DNA of 64,000 nt from Methanomassiliicoccales archaeon (GCA_030593295.1 JAUVHO010000001.1:49111-113110), one strand, 5' to 3'. Shown: positions 27,058-38,084, counted from the first letter of the stretch. Translations and numbers: made by a program. The notes: generated by a model from the letters alone, not told the origin.

Positions 27058-27705
27058 CTACAGGTCGCGGATGAGTTCGATCGTCACATCGTGCAGACTC
27101 TTCAGGACCAGATCGGCTTGACCAAAATCTCCGGTTTCCGTATCTTCCGTTGGGATGGCTATCCCTTTCATTCCTGCATTCTTCGCTGCAACGATGCCTT
27201 TTGGAGCGTCCTCAATGACCACGCAGACCTTTGGATCCGCATCCATCCTCTCTGCTGCCAGTAACAAGACATCCGGTTGTGGCTTGAGGTTCTCGACCTC
27301 TGACCCATTCGCGATCGCTTTGAAGAACTTCTTCATCTCGAACTTCTCCAAGAGCTTATCCACGTACAACCAGTAAGAGTTGGAGGCCAACCCCAATACA
27401 AACTCCTCGTGCAACCTTCCAAGAACCTCGACCGCCCCGGGCATTGCGGGGACCTCTTCCTCGATCGACCTCAAGAAGTAGCGGTTCGCAACCGGCCTCA
27501 CATCATCCTCGACGAACTCTTCCTTGTAGTTGCGTCTCTCCAGGAACTCAACAAACGTGGACCCTTGGACCACGAACTCCTGCCTGAACTCCTCCCATGT
27601 GATTTCGACACCAAGAGTGCGAAAAGCCTCCTGCCAGGCCTTGAACTTGTAATGCTCGGTATCGACAAGAATTCCATCCAGATCGAAGATGACTGCCTCG
27701 GCCAT
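27058..27705 (-). CDS. HAD-superfamily hydrolase (subfamily IA, beta-phosphoglucomutase-like)
   Basis: Motif I 'VIFDLDGILVDTE', motif II 'LASNS', motif III/IV 'K..P......VIEDAPKGIVAAKNAGM'. Confidence 0.85.
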   Translation of the reverse strand: MAEAVIFDLDGILVDTEHYKFKAWQEAFRTLGVEITWEEFRQEFVVQGSTFVEFLERRNYKEEFVEDDVRPVANRYFLRSIEEEVPAMPGAVEVLGRLHEEFVLGLASNSYWLYVDKLLEKFEMKKFFKAIANGSEVENLKPQPDVLLLAAERMDADPKVCVVIEDAPKGIVAAKNAGMKGIAIPTEDTETGDFGQADLVLKSLHDVTIELIRDL

Positions 27706-27840
27706 TCGATACCCAAATGCCTCTGGAATACAAATCAGTTCCGAAAAAACGAGATGAGATGGATTACACTATTAACAGGGGTTTTTCGCGACAATCGCGG
27801 GGAAAACGAGTCCTGGCAAAAAGTGGAAGATGAAGAAGCT

Positions 27841-28062
27841 TTAGTGCTTCTTCATTATTTTCATCCAGACGCCACTCTCATAGACTTGGAGCTTTCTCTT
27901 GCTCAAGGTCGTCTTGAACTCGTCCCAATCTATGATCTCGAGGCGGTCGTTCCTTCCCTTGGTAAACTGAACACCAGTGGTTCCCTTTACCCGTCCAGGC
28001 TTCAATCCCTTCTTCTTTGCAATTTCCATTGCTTTTTCAGGTGTTATTGGTTGCATCACCAT
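27841..28062 (-). CDS. Small basic hypothetical protein
   Basis: 73-aa ORF between the HAD gene and the glmM promoter region. No recognisable motif. Confidence 0.45.
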   Translation of the reverse strand: MVMQPITPEKAMEIAKKKGLKPGRVKGTTGVQFTKGRNDRLEIIDWDEFKTTLSKRKLQVYESGVWMKIMKKH

Positions 28063-28229
28063 GTTCTTCCCTCCAGGAGGGTTTAGGTCCTGTGACCAGT
28101 CCTGTATGGCACACCTGCATATTAAACTTTCCTAGGCCAGATTTTTACAATTGGGGAAAAATATAAATAGCCAGTAAAAGAGGGCGTCTTCCTTTTTTTT
28201 CGAGTTCTCGAGATTTTGTTAAGGAAAGG

Positions 28230-28237
28230 TTTTAAAA
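28230..28237 (+). promoter_or_regulatory. TATA box for glmM (leaderless transcript predicted)
   Basis: 'ttttaaaa' is centred about 26 nt upstream of ATG 28259. There is no Shine-Dalgarno sequence in between. Confidence 0.45.
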
Positions 28238-28258
28238 CGGGTTGCGAATGGCACCTGC

Positions 28259-29566
28259 ATGAGTCTCTTTGGCTCCTCTGGAATAAGGGGAAGAGTATTT
28301 GAGGAGATCACCCTGGAACTAGCCTCGGACATAGGCAAAGCGGTAGGGAGCTCTTATAAGAGAGTGTTGATCGGGCGGGATACGAGAACCTCGGGGGAGA
28401 TGTTCAGGTCGGCGATAGTCTCCGGAATTCTATCCTCAGGAGCCGAAGCATTTGACGCTGGGATCGTCAGCACTCCCACGCTCGCATGGGGTGGAAGAGG
28501 GTTCGACTGCGGCCTGATGATAACTGCTTCTCACAACCCTGGTGAGTACAACGGCGTGAAGTTCTGGAACCCCAACGGACTTGCGTTCCTGAAGGAGCAG
28601 AGAGACAAGTTAGACGATCAATTGAACAGGAAGGAGTTCGAGCCAGTTCCCTGGGACAAGATTGGTTCCTTGAGCGGTTATGACACAGCTGTTGAGGAGC
28701 ACATGGAGAAGATCCTCTCGGGCGTCGGCACATCGGACATCAAGGTCGTGGTGGACTGCGGAGGCGGTGCCACGTTCAACATAACGCCCGCTCTGCTGAA
28801 GAGAATGGGCTGCGATGTGGTCGTACTCAACGGTGAGCCAGACGGTCGTTTCTCCGCCAGGAACCCCGAGCCCATAGAAGAGAACCTCTCGGGATTGATC
28901 GGCGCCGTGAAGAGCTCTAATGCGGATCTGGGCATCGCACATGATGGCGACGGGGACCGGATGACGGCCGTGGACGAGAAGGGCAGATACATCGGGGGTG
29001 ACAAGTTGCTCTCGATACTGGCACTCAACGAGGTAATAGATAGTCTGGTGGTGCCCGTAGACGCTTCCATGGTAGTCGACGATTTGCTTCCAGACGCACA
29101 GATCTACAGAACAAGAGTCGGCGATGTCTTCGTAGGCGAGGAACTCAAGAAGCGGAATGCGGATTTTGGAGCCGAGCCCTCAGGCACCTGGATATTCCCG
29201 AGGCATTTCCTGTGTCCGGACGGGGTCTACGCAGGAGCGCTCCTGGCAGAGATGGTCTCCGGGAAGAAACTGTCAGAGATGGCGGATGAAGTACCAGAGT
29301 ACCCGCAGCAAGTGGAAGGCATCATGTTCGACACGAGAAGGAGAGAGGAGATCACCAAAGGACTCGACGAGAAGATGAGGTCCATCGACTGCGTTGAGTT
29401 GACAACGATCGACGGATGGCGACTGCAGTTCGAAGAAGGATGGGCGCTGGTTAGGTTATCTGGCACCGAGCCAAAGGTCAGGATCAAGGTGGAGGCCAGG
29501 GAGCCGAACACGGTAGATGATATATATCGAACGATTCATTCAATCACGGAAGAAGTGCTACGATGA
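28259..29566 (+). CDS. glmM: Phosphoglucosamine/phosphohexose mutase
   Basis: Active-site loop 'ITASHNPGEYNGVKF', metal loop 'AHDGDGDR', sugar loop 'GAEPSG'. Confidence 0.9.
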   Translation: MSLFGSSGIRGRVFEEITLELASDIGKAVGSSYKRVLIGRDTRTSGEMFRSAIVSGILSSGAEAFDAGIVSTPTLAWGGRGFDCGLMITASHNPGEYNGVKFWNPNGLAFLKEQRDKLDDQLNRKEFEPVPWDKIGSLSGYDTAVEEHMEKILSGVGTSDIKVVVDCGGGATFNITPALLKRMGCDVVVLNGEPDGRFSARNPEPIEENLSGLIGAVKSSNADLGIAHDGDGDRMTAVDEKGRYIGGDKLLSILALNEVIDSLVVPVDASMVVDDLLPDAQIYRTRVGDVFVGEELKKRNADFGAEPSGTWIFPRHFLCPDGVYAGALLAEMVSGKKLSEMADEVPEYPQQVEGIMFDTRRREEITKGLDEKMRSIDCVELTTIDGWRLQFEEGWALVRLSGTEPKVRIKVEAREPNTVDDIYRTIHSITEEVLR

Positions 29567-30789
29567 AGGCATATATCCTAGCAGCTGGGGAAGGGACGCG
29601 GATGCGGCCGTTGACGGCAAATATCCCCAAACCGCTCCTGCCGGTGGCCGGGAAGCCGTTCTTGCTGCACACACTTGAATCCCTCAAGGAGAACGATGTC
29701 AAGGACATCACGATACTGATAGGGTGGAGAGGGAGGAGAATCAGAGAGTATCTGGGTGACGGTTCCGAACTGGGCTTGAACATCGATTACGAGGAACAGG
29801 AGAGAAGGCTGGGGACCGCACACGCCATCGGCCTGGCGAGGGCACACATTGATGGTCCGTTCATCAGCATCAACGGGGACGTGGTCATCACTCCCAATTC
29901 TGTCAAAGGGTTCATTTCAGCCTGGAAGAAGAGCAAAGGGACAATGATGGCGCTCGCCAAAGTGAAGGACCCCAAGGGTCTTGGTGTCATCGAGGTGGAG
30001 GACGACGTTGTCAAAGGAATCGAAGAGAAACCCAAACGTCCCAAGTCCAACCTCATCAATGCCGGTTTGTACGCGTTCGACGAGGGCATCTTCGAGCTCA
30101 TCGAAAAGACACCCAAGTCCAAGAGAGGGGAGTACGAGATAACCGACACCCTCCTCTTGCTGATGGAGAAGGAAAGCGTTCACGGGCACATCCTGTCCGA
30201 AGAGTGGATTGACGTGGGCAGACCCTGGGACCTGTTGAAAGCGAACGAGATTCTCTTGAGGAGCGTCCACGGGGAGCACAACGGAACCGTGCAGAAGAAC
30301 GTGGTCATGGAGAACAGCGTTCATATCGGAGAGGGTACGAATGTCAAGAGCGGAGCGTACATAATCGGACCTACCATCATCGGAAAGAACTGCGATATAG
30401 GACCCAACTGTCTCATTAGGGCCAGCACGTATATCGGGGACGGGTGCAAGATCGGAAGCGCTTCAGAGGTCAAGAACTCGATCATCATGGACGGGACCAA
30501 CGTGCCGCACCACAATTACGTCGGGGACAGCGTCCTCGGGGAGAGGTGCAACCTCGGATCCGGCACCAAGATAGCCAACCTGAGGCTCGATGAGAAGAAC
30601 ATCAAGATCGCGTACAAGGGACAGCACATGGACACCGGCCTCCGGAAGCTGGGCGCCATTCTGGGAGACGACGTCAAGACCGGGATAAACGCTTCCATAG
30701 ACGTAGGGACCATCATCGGAGAGAACGTGTTCATAGGACCGGGCGCGGTGGTCAAGGGGGTCATCGCTCCAAACTCAAGAATCCTCTGA
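29563..30789 (+). CDS. Bifunctional sugar-1-phosphate nucleotidylyltransferase/acetyltransferase (archaeal GlmU-like)
   Basis: N-terminus 'ILAAGEGTRMRPLT' (NTP-transferase) and a C-terminal left-handed beta-helix of hexapeptide repeats. ATGA overlap with glmM. Confidence 0.9.
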   Translation: MKAYILAAGEGTRMRPLTANIPKPLLPVAGKPFLLHTLESLKENDVKDITILIGWRGRRIREYLGDGSELGLNIDYEEQERRLGTAHAIGLARAHIDGPFISINGDVVITPNSVKGFISAWKKSKGTMMALAKVKDPKGLGVIEVEDDVVKGIEEKPKRPKSNLINAGLYAFDEGIFELIEKTPKSKRGEYEITDTLLLLMEKESVHGHILSEEWIDVGRPWDLLKANEILLRSVHGEHNGTVQKNVVMENSVHIGEGTNVKSGAYIIGPTIIGKNCDIGPNCLIRASTYIGDGCKIGSASEVKNSIIMDGTNVPHHNYVGDSVLGERCNLGSGTKIANLRLDEKNIKIAYKGQHMDTGLRKLGAILGDDVKTGINASIDVGTIIGENVFIGPGAVVKGVIAPNSRIL

Positions 30790-30798
30790 GGAAGGGGT

Positions 30799-31920
30799 AT
30801 GAAGATACTGCAAGTTTCGCCTTACTTCTACCCACACGTGGGTGGAGTGGAATCTCATGTTCTGGACCTGTCCAAGGAACTGGCTTCCAGGGGGCATGAG
30901 GTCTCGGTCCTCACCACCAACATGGGCAAGATGCCCGAAAGGGAGAGCATGCTGGGCTTTGAGATAATACGGGTCAAGCCTCTTTCCATAGTTCTCAAGA
31001 CCCCCATAGTCCCCAGGGTAAGAGGTCGGGTCAGCAGGACTGATGCGGACGTTATCCATTCCCACTCACCACCTCCACTGAGTTCCTATTACACCGCCAA
31101 GGGATGCAAATCGAACAAGATACCGCACGTGATCACATACCACGCAGACATAGAGATACCCAGCAGAATAGGGAAGCTGGTTGCAGGGTTCTACAGGAGA
31201 ACTTACGGAGCTTACACGGTCAAGAGAGTGGACAAGATCATAGTGACCTCCGGCAGCTATCATGCCACATCCAGGTCCGTTTGGAGGTACTCCCCGGAGA
31301 TCATCCCCAACACGGTGGACGCGGACAGGTTCAACCCCGAGAACGACGGCTCAGCGGTGAGGGAGAAGCACGGGATAGGTCCCGACGACCCAACTGTTCT
31401 CTTCGTTGGAAGGATCGTCTGGCACAAGGGGATCGAGTATATCATGGAAGCTTCCACACTGATGAAGAAGGTGAAGTTCCTGGTCGTCGGGAGTGGGGAG
31501 AACCTCGAGAAGTACAAGGCAAAGGCGGAGGCCATGGGTATTAGTGACAGGGTCATCTTCACGGGTCGCCTGTCCTGGGCGGACCTGCCGAACTACTACG
31601 CCGCGTGTGACGTCTTCACCCTTCCGTCGATCTCTCGACTGGAGGCCTTCGGGATAGCAACACTGGAAGCAATGGCAACCGGGAAGCCGGTAGTGGTGGG
31701 AGACATACCGGGAGTGAGGGAAGTGATCGAGGATGGGAAGCAGGGCTTGGTCTTCGATGTGATGGACGCAGAGGACCTGGCCAGCAAGTTATCCACGCTA
31801 ATCGAGGATCCTGGATTGCAGAAGAAGATGGGGGACGAAGGACGAAAGAAGGTGGAGAAGCGGTTCCTCATTTCAACGGTCGCGGACCAGATCGAAAAGG
31901 TGTACGAAGAGCTCACTTAA
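30799..31920 (+). CDS. Glycosyltransferase family 4 (GT-B)
   Basis: 'GGVESHV' N-terminal domain and C-terminal 'LPSISRLEAFGIATLEAMATGKPVV' (EX7E-type motif). Confidence 0.85.
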   Translation: MKILQVSPYFYPHVGGVESHVLDLSKELASRGHEVSVLTTNMGKMPERESMLGFEIIRVKPLSIVLKTPIVPRVRGRVSRTDADVIHSHSPPPLSSYYTAKGCKSNKIPHVITYHADIEIPSRIGKLVAGFYRRTYGAYTVKRVDKIIVTSGSYHATSRSVWRYSPEIIPNTVDADRFNPENDGSAVREKHGIGPDDPTVLFVGRIVWHKGIEYIMEASTLMKKVKFLVVGSGENLEKYKAKAEAMGISDRVIFTGRLSWADLPNYYAACDVFTLPSISRLEAFGIATLEAMATGKPVVVGDIPGVREVIEDGKQGLVFDVMDAEDLASKLSTLIEDPGLQKKMGDEGRKKVEKRFLISTVADQIEKVYEELT

Positions 31921-32306
31921 TCAATGACCTCGAGAGGATAGGGGTTGCCGTCCAGATCCCAGGCTTTCCATGAATCGGGCTTGTATGGGACCTTTGTGAT
32001 AATGTGCACGTAGCCGAACTTCCCGAAGAGCCCCAGGTCAGCGCCAGAAGGATTGTTGTACTCAGTGGGATGCGAGTGAACCGTTCCCACGACAGTGTAA
32101 TCGATCGGTAGCATGTGCAAACGGAGAAGTGCGGACCTTTCCCCGGAAATGGTGCCAGGCAGAAGCATTATCTCGGTGATGATGCCTTTCTCGCACCTGA
32201 GTACGCCGGCGAACTCGTTTGGGAAGTTCTCCTTTGAGACCTCGAGAATCAGGTCGAGTATCTCCCTCTTTATCGCATAGGCCCTCTTCCTACCCACTTC
32301 AATCAC
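31917..32306 (-). CDS. JAMM/MPN+ metalloprotease
   Basis: 'GTVHSHPTEYNNPSGADL' matches HxHx7SxxD, with an upstream Glu. The stop shares the palindromic TTAA with the GT4 gene's stop. Confidence 0.8.
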   Translation of the reverse strand: MIEVGRKRAYAIKREILDLILEVSKENFPNEFAGVLRCEKGIITEIMLLPGTISGERSALLRLHMLPIDYTVVGTVHSHPTEYNNPSGADLGLFGKFGYVHIITKVPYKPDSWKAWDLDGNPYPLEVID

Positions 32307-32308
32307 TC

Positions 32309-33106
32309 TTAACCCAGTTTCTCAATGAACCTTGCATAGAAATCTTCCTGGAACCTGATGAAGCTGGCCTTGTTCTCTGAGATGGTCATCTCCACCTTCT
32401 CTTTCCCAGAGAGTGAGATTATCTCCTGTCCGTCCAGGACCATGTGGCACTCCTTCGACTCTGCGAACTCCATCTCGATACAGCTCTTTGCGGGTATCAC
32501 CAGGGGTCTTCCTGAGAGCTTGAACGGTGCTATCGGAACCATGACCATTGCCTCCACCCTGGGATCTATTATCGGACCTCCGGCGCTCATTGCATAACTA
32601 GTTGATCCGGTGGGAGTGGCTATCATCACACCATCCGCCCTGAAGTCGTCTGCCAGGCTTCCATCTATCGTGATCTTGAAGTGTCTCATCTTTGCCACAT
32701 GTGCGGTATGGAACACGACCTCGTTGAGGCAGTCGGAGACCCTCTCGCCGTCCTTGAGCACCTTCAACTTGATCCTCTCATCCAGCTTGTAGTCCCCGCT
32801 GAGGGCTCTTCCAATGGCCGTCTCGATGTCATCCACGTGTACCTCTGTCAAGAAGCCCATGACACCGGCGTTGATGCCGAGAAGCTTGGAGTTCGACCGC
32901 TGAAATGCTCTGAGGATTGTCCCATCCCCGCCAATGGTAATAATGAAATCCGCGTCCATCTGGTCGAGTGGGGTCGGTTCCTTGCCCAGGACCTTTGCGA
33001 GGTCGGTATCGAACATAATCTCATGGCCGCCAAGGGCTGCTTCGATCCTTCCGGCCAGCTTATCCAGGCCATCCACGTCCGGCTTTGCGGATATTCCAAT
33101 TCTCAT
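32309..33106 (-). CDS. nadK: NAD kinase
   Basis: 'GGDGTILR', 'NEV' and 'DGVMIATPTGSTSYAMSAGGPI' motifs. Confidence 0.9.
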   Translation of the reverse strand: MRIGISAKPDVDGLDKLAGRIEAALGGHEIMFDTDLAKVLGKEPTPLDQMDADFIITIGGDGTILRAFQRSNSKLLGINAGVMGFLTEVHVDDIETAIGRALSGDYKLDERIKLKVLKDGERVSDCLNEVVFHTAHVAKMRHFKITIDGSLADDFRADGVMIATPTGSTSYAMSAGGPIIDPRVEAMVMVPIAPFKLSGRPLVIPAKSCIEMEFAESKECHMVLDGQEIISLSGKEKVEMTISENKASFIRFQEDFYARFIEKLG

Positions 33107-33864
33107 ATTACCTCATCCAGCAGCTTCTTGTCCCCTACGGCGATGAAATTCGACCTCTCTCGAGGACCGAACCTCATTTCGAGAACATCTCCATCTGTAT
33201 TGTATATTTCTCCTCCGGCCTCTCTCAATATGAGTGCCCCTGCAGCAAGGTCCACCAGTCTGATCATGGGTTCGGCGTCCACCATGTAAAGGTCGGCGAT
33301 ACCGCTTGCCACCATGGCCAGCTCCAGAGATGCCGCACCGTAGTTCCTGGCTCTCCTGGCCATTGCCGCCAATTCGAAGGCCTTGGGATTTGCATTGCTG
33401 CCCAAATACAGCAGGAAGACCGACTTGTCTGGATCGTATTCCTTGACCTTGATGGGTGATCCGTCCTTGTAAGCACCTCTGCCTTTCTCGGAGTGATAGA
33501 CGGTCCCATTGGCAAGGTCCCTGATGAGTCCGAACTCGATATCGGACATGACCTCCTTTCCCACTGCCAAAGAGACTGAGTAGAACGGTATCCCCGCCAG
33601 AGCATTGTAAGTGCCGTCTATGGGGTCGATCACGAGCGTCTGTTCAGCACCATTGTCAATGAAGTCGGCCTCCTCGCTCAGGACGTTGAGCGGGTTCCCG
33701 TGTTCATTCAAAGTCTCTAATATGGCCTCCTCCGCGATCCGGTCAATCTTCTGCGTGGGCGTTCCATCAGCACCGATTCCCATCTCGGCGCTCAGGTCCT
33801 CCCCTTCCCGATCCCGGACAGCAAGGTGAACCGCTTCAGCAATCTCCTCCAGGAGACCTATCAT
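33103..33864 (-). CDS. Inositol monophosphatase / FBPase-family phosphatase
   Basis: 'VLSEE', 'VIDPIDGT' and 'WDLAAG'-like 'VDLAAGAL' motifs. The ORF track starts at 33954. ATG 33864 sits about 26 nt downstream of a minus-strand TATA and matches the usual family N-terminus. Confidence 0.85.
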   Translation of the reverse strand: MIGLLEEIAEAVHLAVRDREGEDLSAEMGIGADGTPTQKIDRIAEEAILETLNEHGNPLNVLSEEADFIDNGAEQTLVIDPIDGTYNALAGIPFYSVSLAVGKEVMSDIEFGLIRDLANGTVYHSEKGRGAYKDGSPIKVKEYDPDKSVFLLYLGSNANPKAFELAAMARRARNYGAASLELAMVASGIADLYMVDAEPMIRLVDLAAGALILREAGGEIYNTDGDVLEMRFGPRERSNFIAVGDKKLLDEVI

Positions 33865-33888
33865 CGTTACAGCACAGAAGTTCCGAGA

Positions 33889-33898
33889 TATTATACTT
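33889..33898 (-). promoter_or_regulatory. TATA box for the IMPase-NADK-JAMM operon (leaderless)
   Basis: Minus-strand 'aagtataata' is centred about 27 nt upstream of ATG 33864. Confidence 0.4.
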
Positions 33899-33933
33899 TT
33901 CCGGGAATGGCCCATAGCCAAATACTCGATACG

Positions 33934-33943
33934 TTTATATAGA
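33934..33943 (+). promoter_or_regulatory. TATA box for the thermosome gene
   Basis: 'tttatataga'. The predicted TSS is near 33965. GGAGG at 33978-33982 lies 7 nt before ATG 33990. Confidence 0.45.
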
Positions 33944-33989
33944 AGTTCAATCATAGAGGAACCACTTCACCACTAATGGAGGAATAAGT

Positions 33990-35630
33990 ATGTTAGGTGG
34001 ACAAACACCAATTCTGATACTAAAGGAAGGAACAAGAAGGGAAAAGGGAAAGGGCGCACAGTTCAACAACATCGCTGCCGCAAAGGCGGTCGCGGATGCT
34101 GTGAGATCCACCCTCGGTCCAAGGGGCATGGACAAGATGCTCGTGGACAGTATGGGGGACGTTGTGATCACAAATGACGGTGTGACCATTCTCAAGGAGA
34201 TTGATATCGAACATCCAGCGGCCAAAATGCTGGTGGAAGTCGCCAAGACCCAGGACGAGGAATGCGGGGACGGAACAACGACCGCGGTCATCCTTGCGGG
34301 AGAACTTCTGAAGAAGAGCGAGGGCATGATCGAGTCCAACATACATCCGACCATCATCGCAGGCGGTTTCAGACTGGCGGCCAACAAGGCGAGAGAGGTT
34401 CTGGACAAGATCGCACAGAAGGTCTCGATAAAGGACCGGAAGACGCTCCACAACATTGCGACAACTGCAATGATCAGCAAGAGCGCCTCGACGCACAGGG
34501 ACCTCCTGGCAGATGTGGCAGTCGACGCTGTTACCTCGGTAGCCGAGGAGCACAGCAAGGGCAAGTACCGGGTCGACACCGACGACATCCAGGTGATAAG
34601 GAAACAAGGCGGATCGGTCACCGACACAGAGATGATCCACGGAATAATCATAGACAAGGAAGTTGTCCATACGGGCATGCCAAAGTCAGTGAAGAACGCA
34701 AGAATCGCTTTGATAGATTCCGCTCTTGAGGTCAAGAAGACAGAGGTCGACGCGAAGATAGAGATAACCGACCCCTCTCAGCTGAACGCGTTCCTGCAGG
34801 AAGAGGAGAACATGCTCAAGGGGATGGTCCAGATCATCAAGAAGAGCGGCGCGAACGTGGTCTTCTGTCAGAAGGGCATAGACGACCTTGCACAGCACTT
34901 TCTGGCCAAGGAAGGCATCTACGTGGTCCGAAGGGTCAAGAAATCGGACATGGAGAAACTTTCGAAGTCCACAGGCGGCACCATCATCACCAAGCTCGAC
35001 GAGCTTGTCAAGGGCGATTTGGGTGCGGCCAAGAGCGTCAGGCAGGAGAAGATCGGCGACGACGACATGACCTTCGTAACTGGATGCAAGAGCCCGAAGG
35101 CGGTATCCATACTCATCCGAGGCGGAACCGAGCACGTGGTCGACGAGCTCGACAGGTCTCTTGAGGACGCCCTAAGCGTTGTTGCGGTTGCCATCGAAGA
35201 CGGAAGGATAGTTACTGGCGGCGGCTCTGCAGCTTCAGAAATCGCTCTCAGGCTCAGAGAATATGCATCTTCAGTGGGCGGTAGGGAACAGATCGCCATC
35301 GATGCCTTCGCGGAGGCAATGGAGGTCATTCCAAGAACGCTGGCAGAGAACGCTGGCCTTGATCCCATTGACACCCTGATAGACCTGAGGAAAGCGCACA
35401 AGAAGGGCAAGAAGCATGCCGGGGTCAACGTCGTTTCAGGCGGCCTTCTGGACATGAAGAGGAGCAACGTCCTCGAGCCGATAAGGGTCGGAACACAGGC
35501 AATCGAGTCTGCGACCGATGCAGCAGTGATGGTCCTGAGAATCGATGATGTTATCGCTTCAAAGGGCGGCGAAGGCCCACCGATGCCAGGCGGACCTGGT
35601 GGAATGGGCGGAATGGGAGAAGACTTCTAA
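33990..35630 (+). CDS. ths: Thermosome subunit (group II chaperonin)
   Basis: '[11 protein letters not shown]', 'ITNDGVTIL', 'GDGTTT', '[10 protein letters not shown]' and a C-terminal '[10 protein letters not shown]' tail. Confidence 0.95.
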   Translation: MLGGQTPILILKEGTRREKGKGAQFNNIAAAKAVADAVRSTLGPRGMDKMLVDSMGDVVITNDGVTILKEIDIEHPAAKMLVEVAKTQDEECGDGTTTAVILAGELLKKSEGMIESNIHPTIIAGGFRLAANKAREVLDKIAQKVSIKDRKTLHNIATTAMISKSASTHRDLLADVAVDAVTSVAEEHSKGKYRVDTDDIQVIRKQGGSVTDTEMIHGIIIDKEVVHTGMPKSVKNARIALIDSALEVKKTEVDAKIEITDPSQLNAFLQEEENMLKGMVQIIKKSGANVVFCQKGIDDLAQHFLAKEGIYVVRRVKKSDMEKLSKSTGGTIITKLDELVKGDLGAAKSVRQEKIGDDDMTFVTGCKSPKAVSILIRGGTEHVVDELDRSLEDALSVVAVAIEDGRIVTGGGSAASEIALRLREYASSVGGREQIAIDAFAEAMEVIPRTLAENAGLDPIDTLIDLRKAHKKGKKHAGVNVVSGGLLDMKRSNVLEPIRVGTQAIESATDAAVMVLRIDDVIASKGGEGPPMPGGPGGMGGMGEDF

Positions 35631-35740
35631 CCTTCTTCCTCTCTTATTTCCCATCCCACGATAGATACAAATCATCGGAATCGCTACTAGCGCCCGCAAG
35701 AACTCATCTCAAGCGCATTAAGGCAAACGAGGAAGGTCTG

Positions 35741-36280
35741 ATGCCAGAAGAAGAGAACGGGAACCAGACAACAGAAGAACAGATCGATGAGCAGGAAGCA
35801 GGAGAGGCCGAAGGCCAGGATGACCTGCTCAAGCGACTCAAGTACCTCCAGGCCGAATATGAGAACTACAAGAAGAGAACGGCCAAGGAGATGCAAGTGT
35901 TCACTGAGTATTCCTATCAGAAGATATTCTCCACCATACTGCCTATTGTGGACGACCTGGAAAAGGCCGGCGACACCATCAAGGACGAGGAGGACGCCGA
36001 CGGGGTCAGGATGATCTACAACAACCTCATGGAAACGCTTAGGAACGAGGGACTGGAGGAGATCGGCGCCGTAGGCGATGATTTCGACCCTTTCAAGCAC
36101 GAATGCGTATCTCAGGTGGAGAATGGGGAGATGGAAAGCAACAAGATAGCAGAGGTCATCCAGAAGGGATATAGTTTCAAATCCAAGGTATTGAGACCAT
36201 CAAAGGTGGTCGTAGTGAGGAATGAAGTGAAGGAGGAAGGCAATGACGAAGATAATAGGGATAGATCTGGGGACGACTAA
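35741..36280 (+). CDS. grpE: Nucleotide exchange factor GrpE
   Basis: Coiled-coil '[18 protein letters not shown]', 'DDLEKA' and a C-terminal beta domain '[17 protein letters not shown]'. The 3' end overlaps the dnaK start by 38 nt. Confidence 0.85.
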   Translation: MPEEENGNQTTEEQIDEQEAGEAEGQDDLLKRLKYLQAEYENYKKRTAKEMQVFTEYSYQKIFSTILPIVDDLEKAGDTIKDEEDADGVRMIYNNLMETLRNEGLEEIGAVGDDFDPFKHECVSQVENGEMESNKIAEVIQKGYSFKSKVLRPSKVVVVRNEVKEEGNDEDNRDRSGDD

Positions 36281-38084
36281 TTCGGAAGCTGCTTATCTGG
36301 AAGGCGGACGGCCGAAGATAATACCCAGTGCCGAAGGCACGTCGTTCGGTGGGAAGATGTTCCCGTCGGTGGTCGCCTTTACCGAGGACGGTCAACGTCT
36401 GGTGGGGGAAGCTGCAAAGAGACAGGCGGTTCTGAACCCTGAGAATACGGTAATGAGGATCAAGAGGAAGATGGGGACGGACCACAAGGTGAAGATCGGT
36501 GACAAGGAGTACACGCCCCAAGAGATATCGGCGATGATACTGCAGAAGATCAAGACGGACGCGGAAGCCTACTTAGGAGAGGAGGTCACGGACGCTGTCA
36601 TCACGGTTCCAGCATATTTCAACGACAATCAGAGGCAGGCCACGAAGGATGCCGGGGAAATAGCAGGTCTGAAAGTCCAAAGGCTCATCAATGAGCCCAC
36701 GGCCGCCGCAATCGCATACGGTCTGGAGAAGATCGAGGAACAGAAGCTCGTGGTTCTGGACCTGGGCGGCGGAACGTTCGATGTCACCATAATGGAGATA
36801 GGTGATGGGGTGTTCGAGGTCGTTTCGACGAGCGGTGACACACAGCTGGGCGGCTCGGACATGGATGAGAAGATCGTCGAGTGGCTGGCTGACGGGTTCC
36901 AAAAGAAGGAGGATATCGACCTAACGGGCGACCTGAGCGCCATGCAGAGGCTCCGGGATGCCGCGGAGAAGGCCAAGATCGAGCTTACCAGCACGGTGAC
37001 CACAACCATCAACCTGCCGTTCATAGCGTCAAAGGATGACAAACCAAGGCATCTGGAAATGAGCCTGACAAGGGCGAAGCTGGAGGAACTGATAGAACCG
37101 GTGCTCTCCCGCTGCGAAGAGCCCATAGGGAAGGTCTTCAAGGACGCCAAATTGGACTACAAGGATATCGGAAAGGTCATCCTAGTGGGCGGACCGACGC
37201 GAATGCCGGTAGTCAAAGGGAGGTTCGAGAAGATAATCGGGAAGAAGGCGGAACGAGGTGTGGACCCGATGCAGTGCGTCGCCATGGGAGCGGCAATCCA
37301 GGGAGGTGTGCTCGCTGGAGAAGTGACCGACCTATTGCTTCTTGATGTTACCCCGTTGTCAGTGGGTGTGGAAACCCTCGGCGGGGTGATGACCAAGTTG
37401 ATAGACAGGAACGCGACCATTCCCACCAGCAAGAGCCAGATCTTCACGACGGCCGCTGACGGACAGACGAGCGTCGATATCCACGTCCTGCAAGGAGAGA
37501 GGGATATGTCCCAAGACAACACTACATTGGGCAGGTTCCATCTCGTTGGCATTCCGCCCGCACCCAGAGGCATACCCCAGATAGAGGTCTCGTTCGACAT
37601 CGACGAGAACGGGATCATGAACGTATCTGCCAAGGACCTTGGAACCGGAAAGGAGCAGACCATAACAATAACCGCATCCACCAAGCTCGGCCAGGATGAG
37701 ATAGACGGAATGATAAAGGACGCCGAGGACTCCGCCGAAGAGGACAAGAAGAGAAGGGAGATCGTGGAGACCAAGAACGCTGCCGATTCGCTCATCTATT
37801 CCTCGCAGAAGACGCTGGAGGAGCTGAGCGACCAGATAAGCGATGAGACAAAGAAGGCGGTCAAGGAGAAGATCGGGGATCTGCAAAAGGCACTGGAAGC
37901 TGACGACATCGCACAGATCAAGCAGAGCATGGAGATCCTGGCAAAAGAGGTCCAGAAGATTGGAACCGAGATCTATCAGAAGACCGCGGCGCAGCAGCAG
38001 GCCGAACCCAAGGAAGAGGAGAGAGAAACCTCCGATGACGAGAAGGTCAGGGACGCGGAATACGAGATAGTGGACGATGAGTAG
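36243..38084 (+). CDS. dnaK: Hsp70 chaperone DnaK
   Basis: '[10 protein letters not shown]', 'DLGGGTFDV' and '[11 protein letters not shown]' signatures. Confidence 0.97.
   Translation: MTKIIGIDLGTTNSEAAYLEGGRPKIIPSAEGTSFGGKMFPSVVAFTEDGQRLVGEAAKRQAVLNPENTVMRIKRKMGTDHKVKIGDKEYTPQEISAMILQKIKTDAEAYLGEEVTDAVITVPAYFNDNQRQATKDAGEIAGLKVQRLINEPTAAAIAYGLEKIEEQKLVVLDLGGGTFDVTIMEIGDGVFEVVSTSGDTQLGGSDMDEKIVEWLADGFQKKEDIDLTGDLSAMQRLRDAAEKAKIELTSTVTTTINLPFIASKDDKPRHLEMSLTRAKLEELIEPVLSRCEEPIGKVFKDAKLDYKDIGKVILVGGPTRMPVVKGRFEKIIGKKAERGVDPMQCVAMGAAIQGGVLAGEVTDLLLLDVTPLSVGVETLGGVMTKLIDRNATIPTSKSQIFTTAADGQTSVDIHVLQGERDMSQDNTTLGRFHLVGIPPAPRGIPQIEVSFDIDENGIMNVSAKDLGTGKEQTITITASTKLGQDEIDGMIKDAEDSAEEDKKRREIVETKNAADSLIYSSQKTLEELSDQISDETKKAVKEKIGDLQKALEADDIAQIKQSMEILAKEVQKIGTEIYQKTAAQQQAEPKEEERETSDDEKVRDAEYEIVDDE

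Noticed and set aside
27760-27800. Hairpin 'cgcga-caa-tcgcg' flanked by G/A runs, considered as a terminator
   Set aside because: The stem is only 5 bp and there is no oligo-T tract on the transcribed (minus) strand. The evidence is insufficient.
27409-28086. 225-aa plus-strand ORF in the track
   Set aside because: It runs antisense across the well-supported HAD hydrolase gene and the 73-aa gene. It has no motifs and a low-complexity, Leu/Arg-rich composition typical of shadow ORFs.
33947-34735. 262-aa minus-strand ORF
   Set aside because: It is antisense to the thermosome gene and is a shadow ORF of a highly expressed gene. Similar rejected cases: 5634-6395 (antisense to polB), 13268-14077 (acyl-CoA ligase), 41666-42388 (cdc48), 45339-46046 (chelatase-like gene), 48295-49035 (htpX), 61493-62107 (radical SAM) and 11687-12340 (USP).
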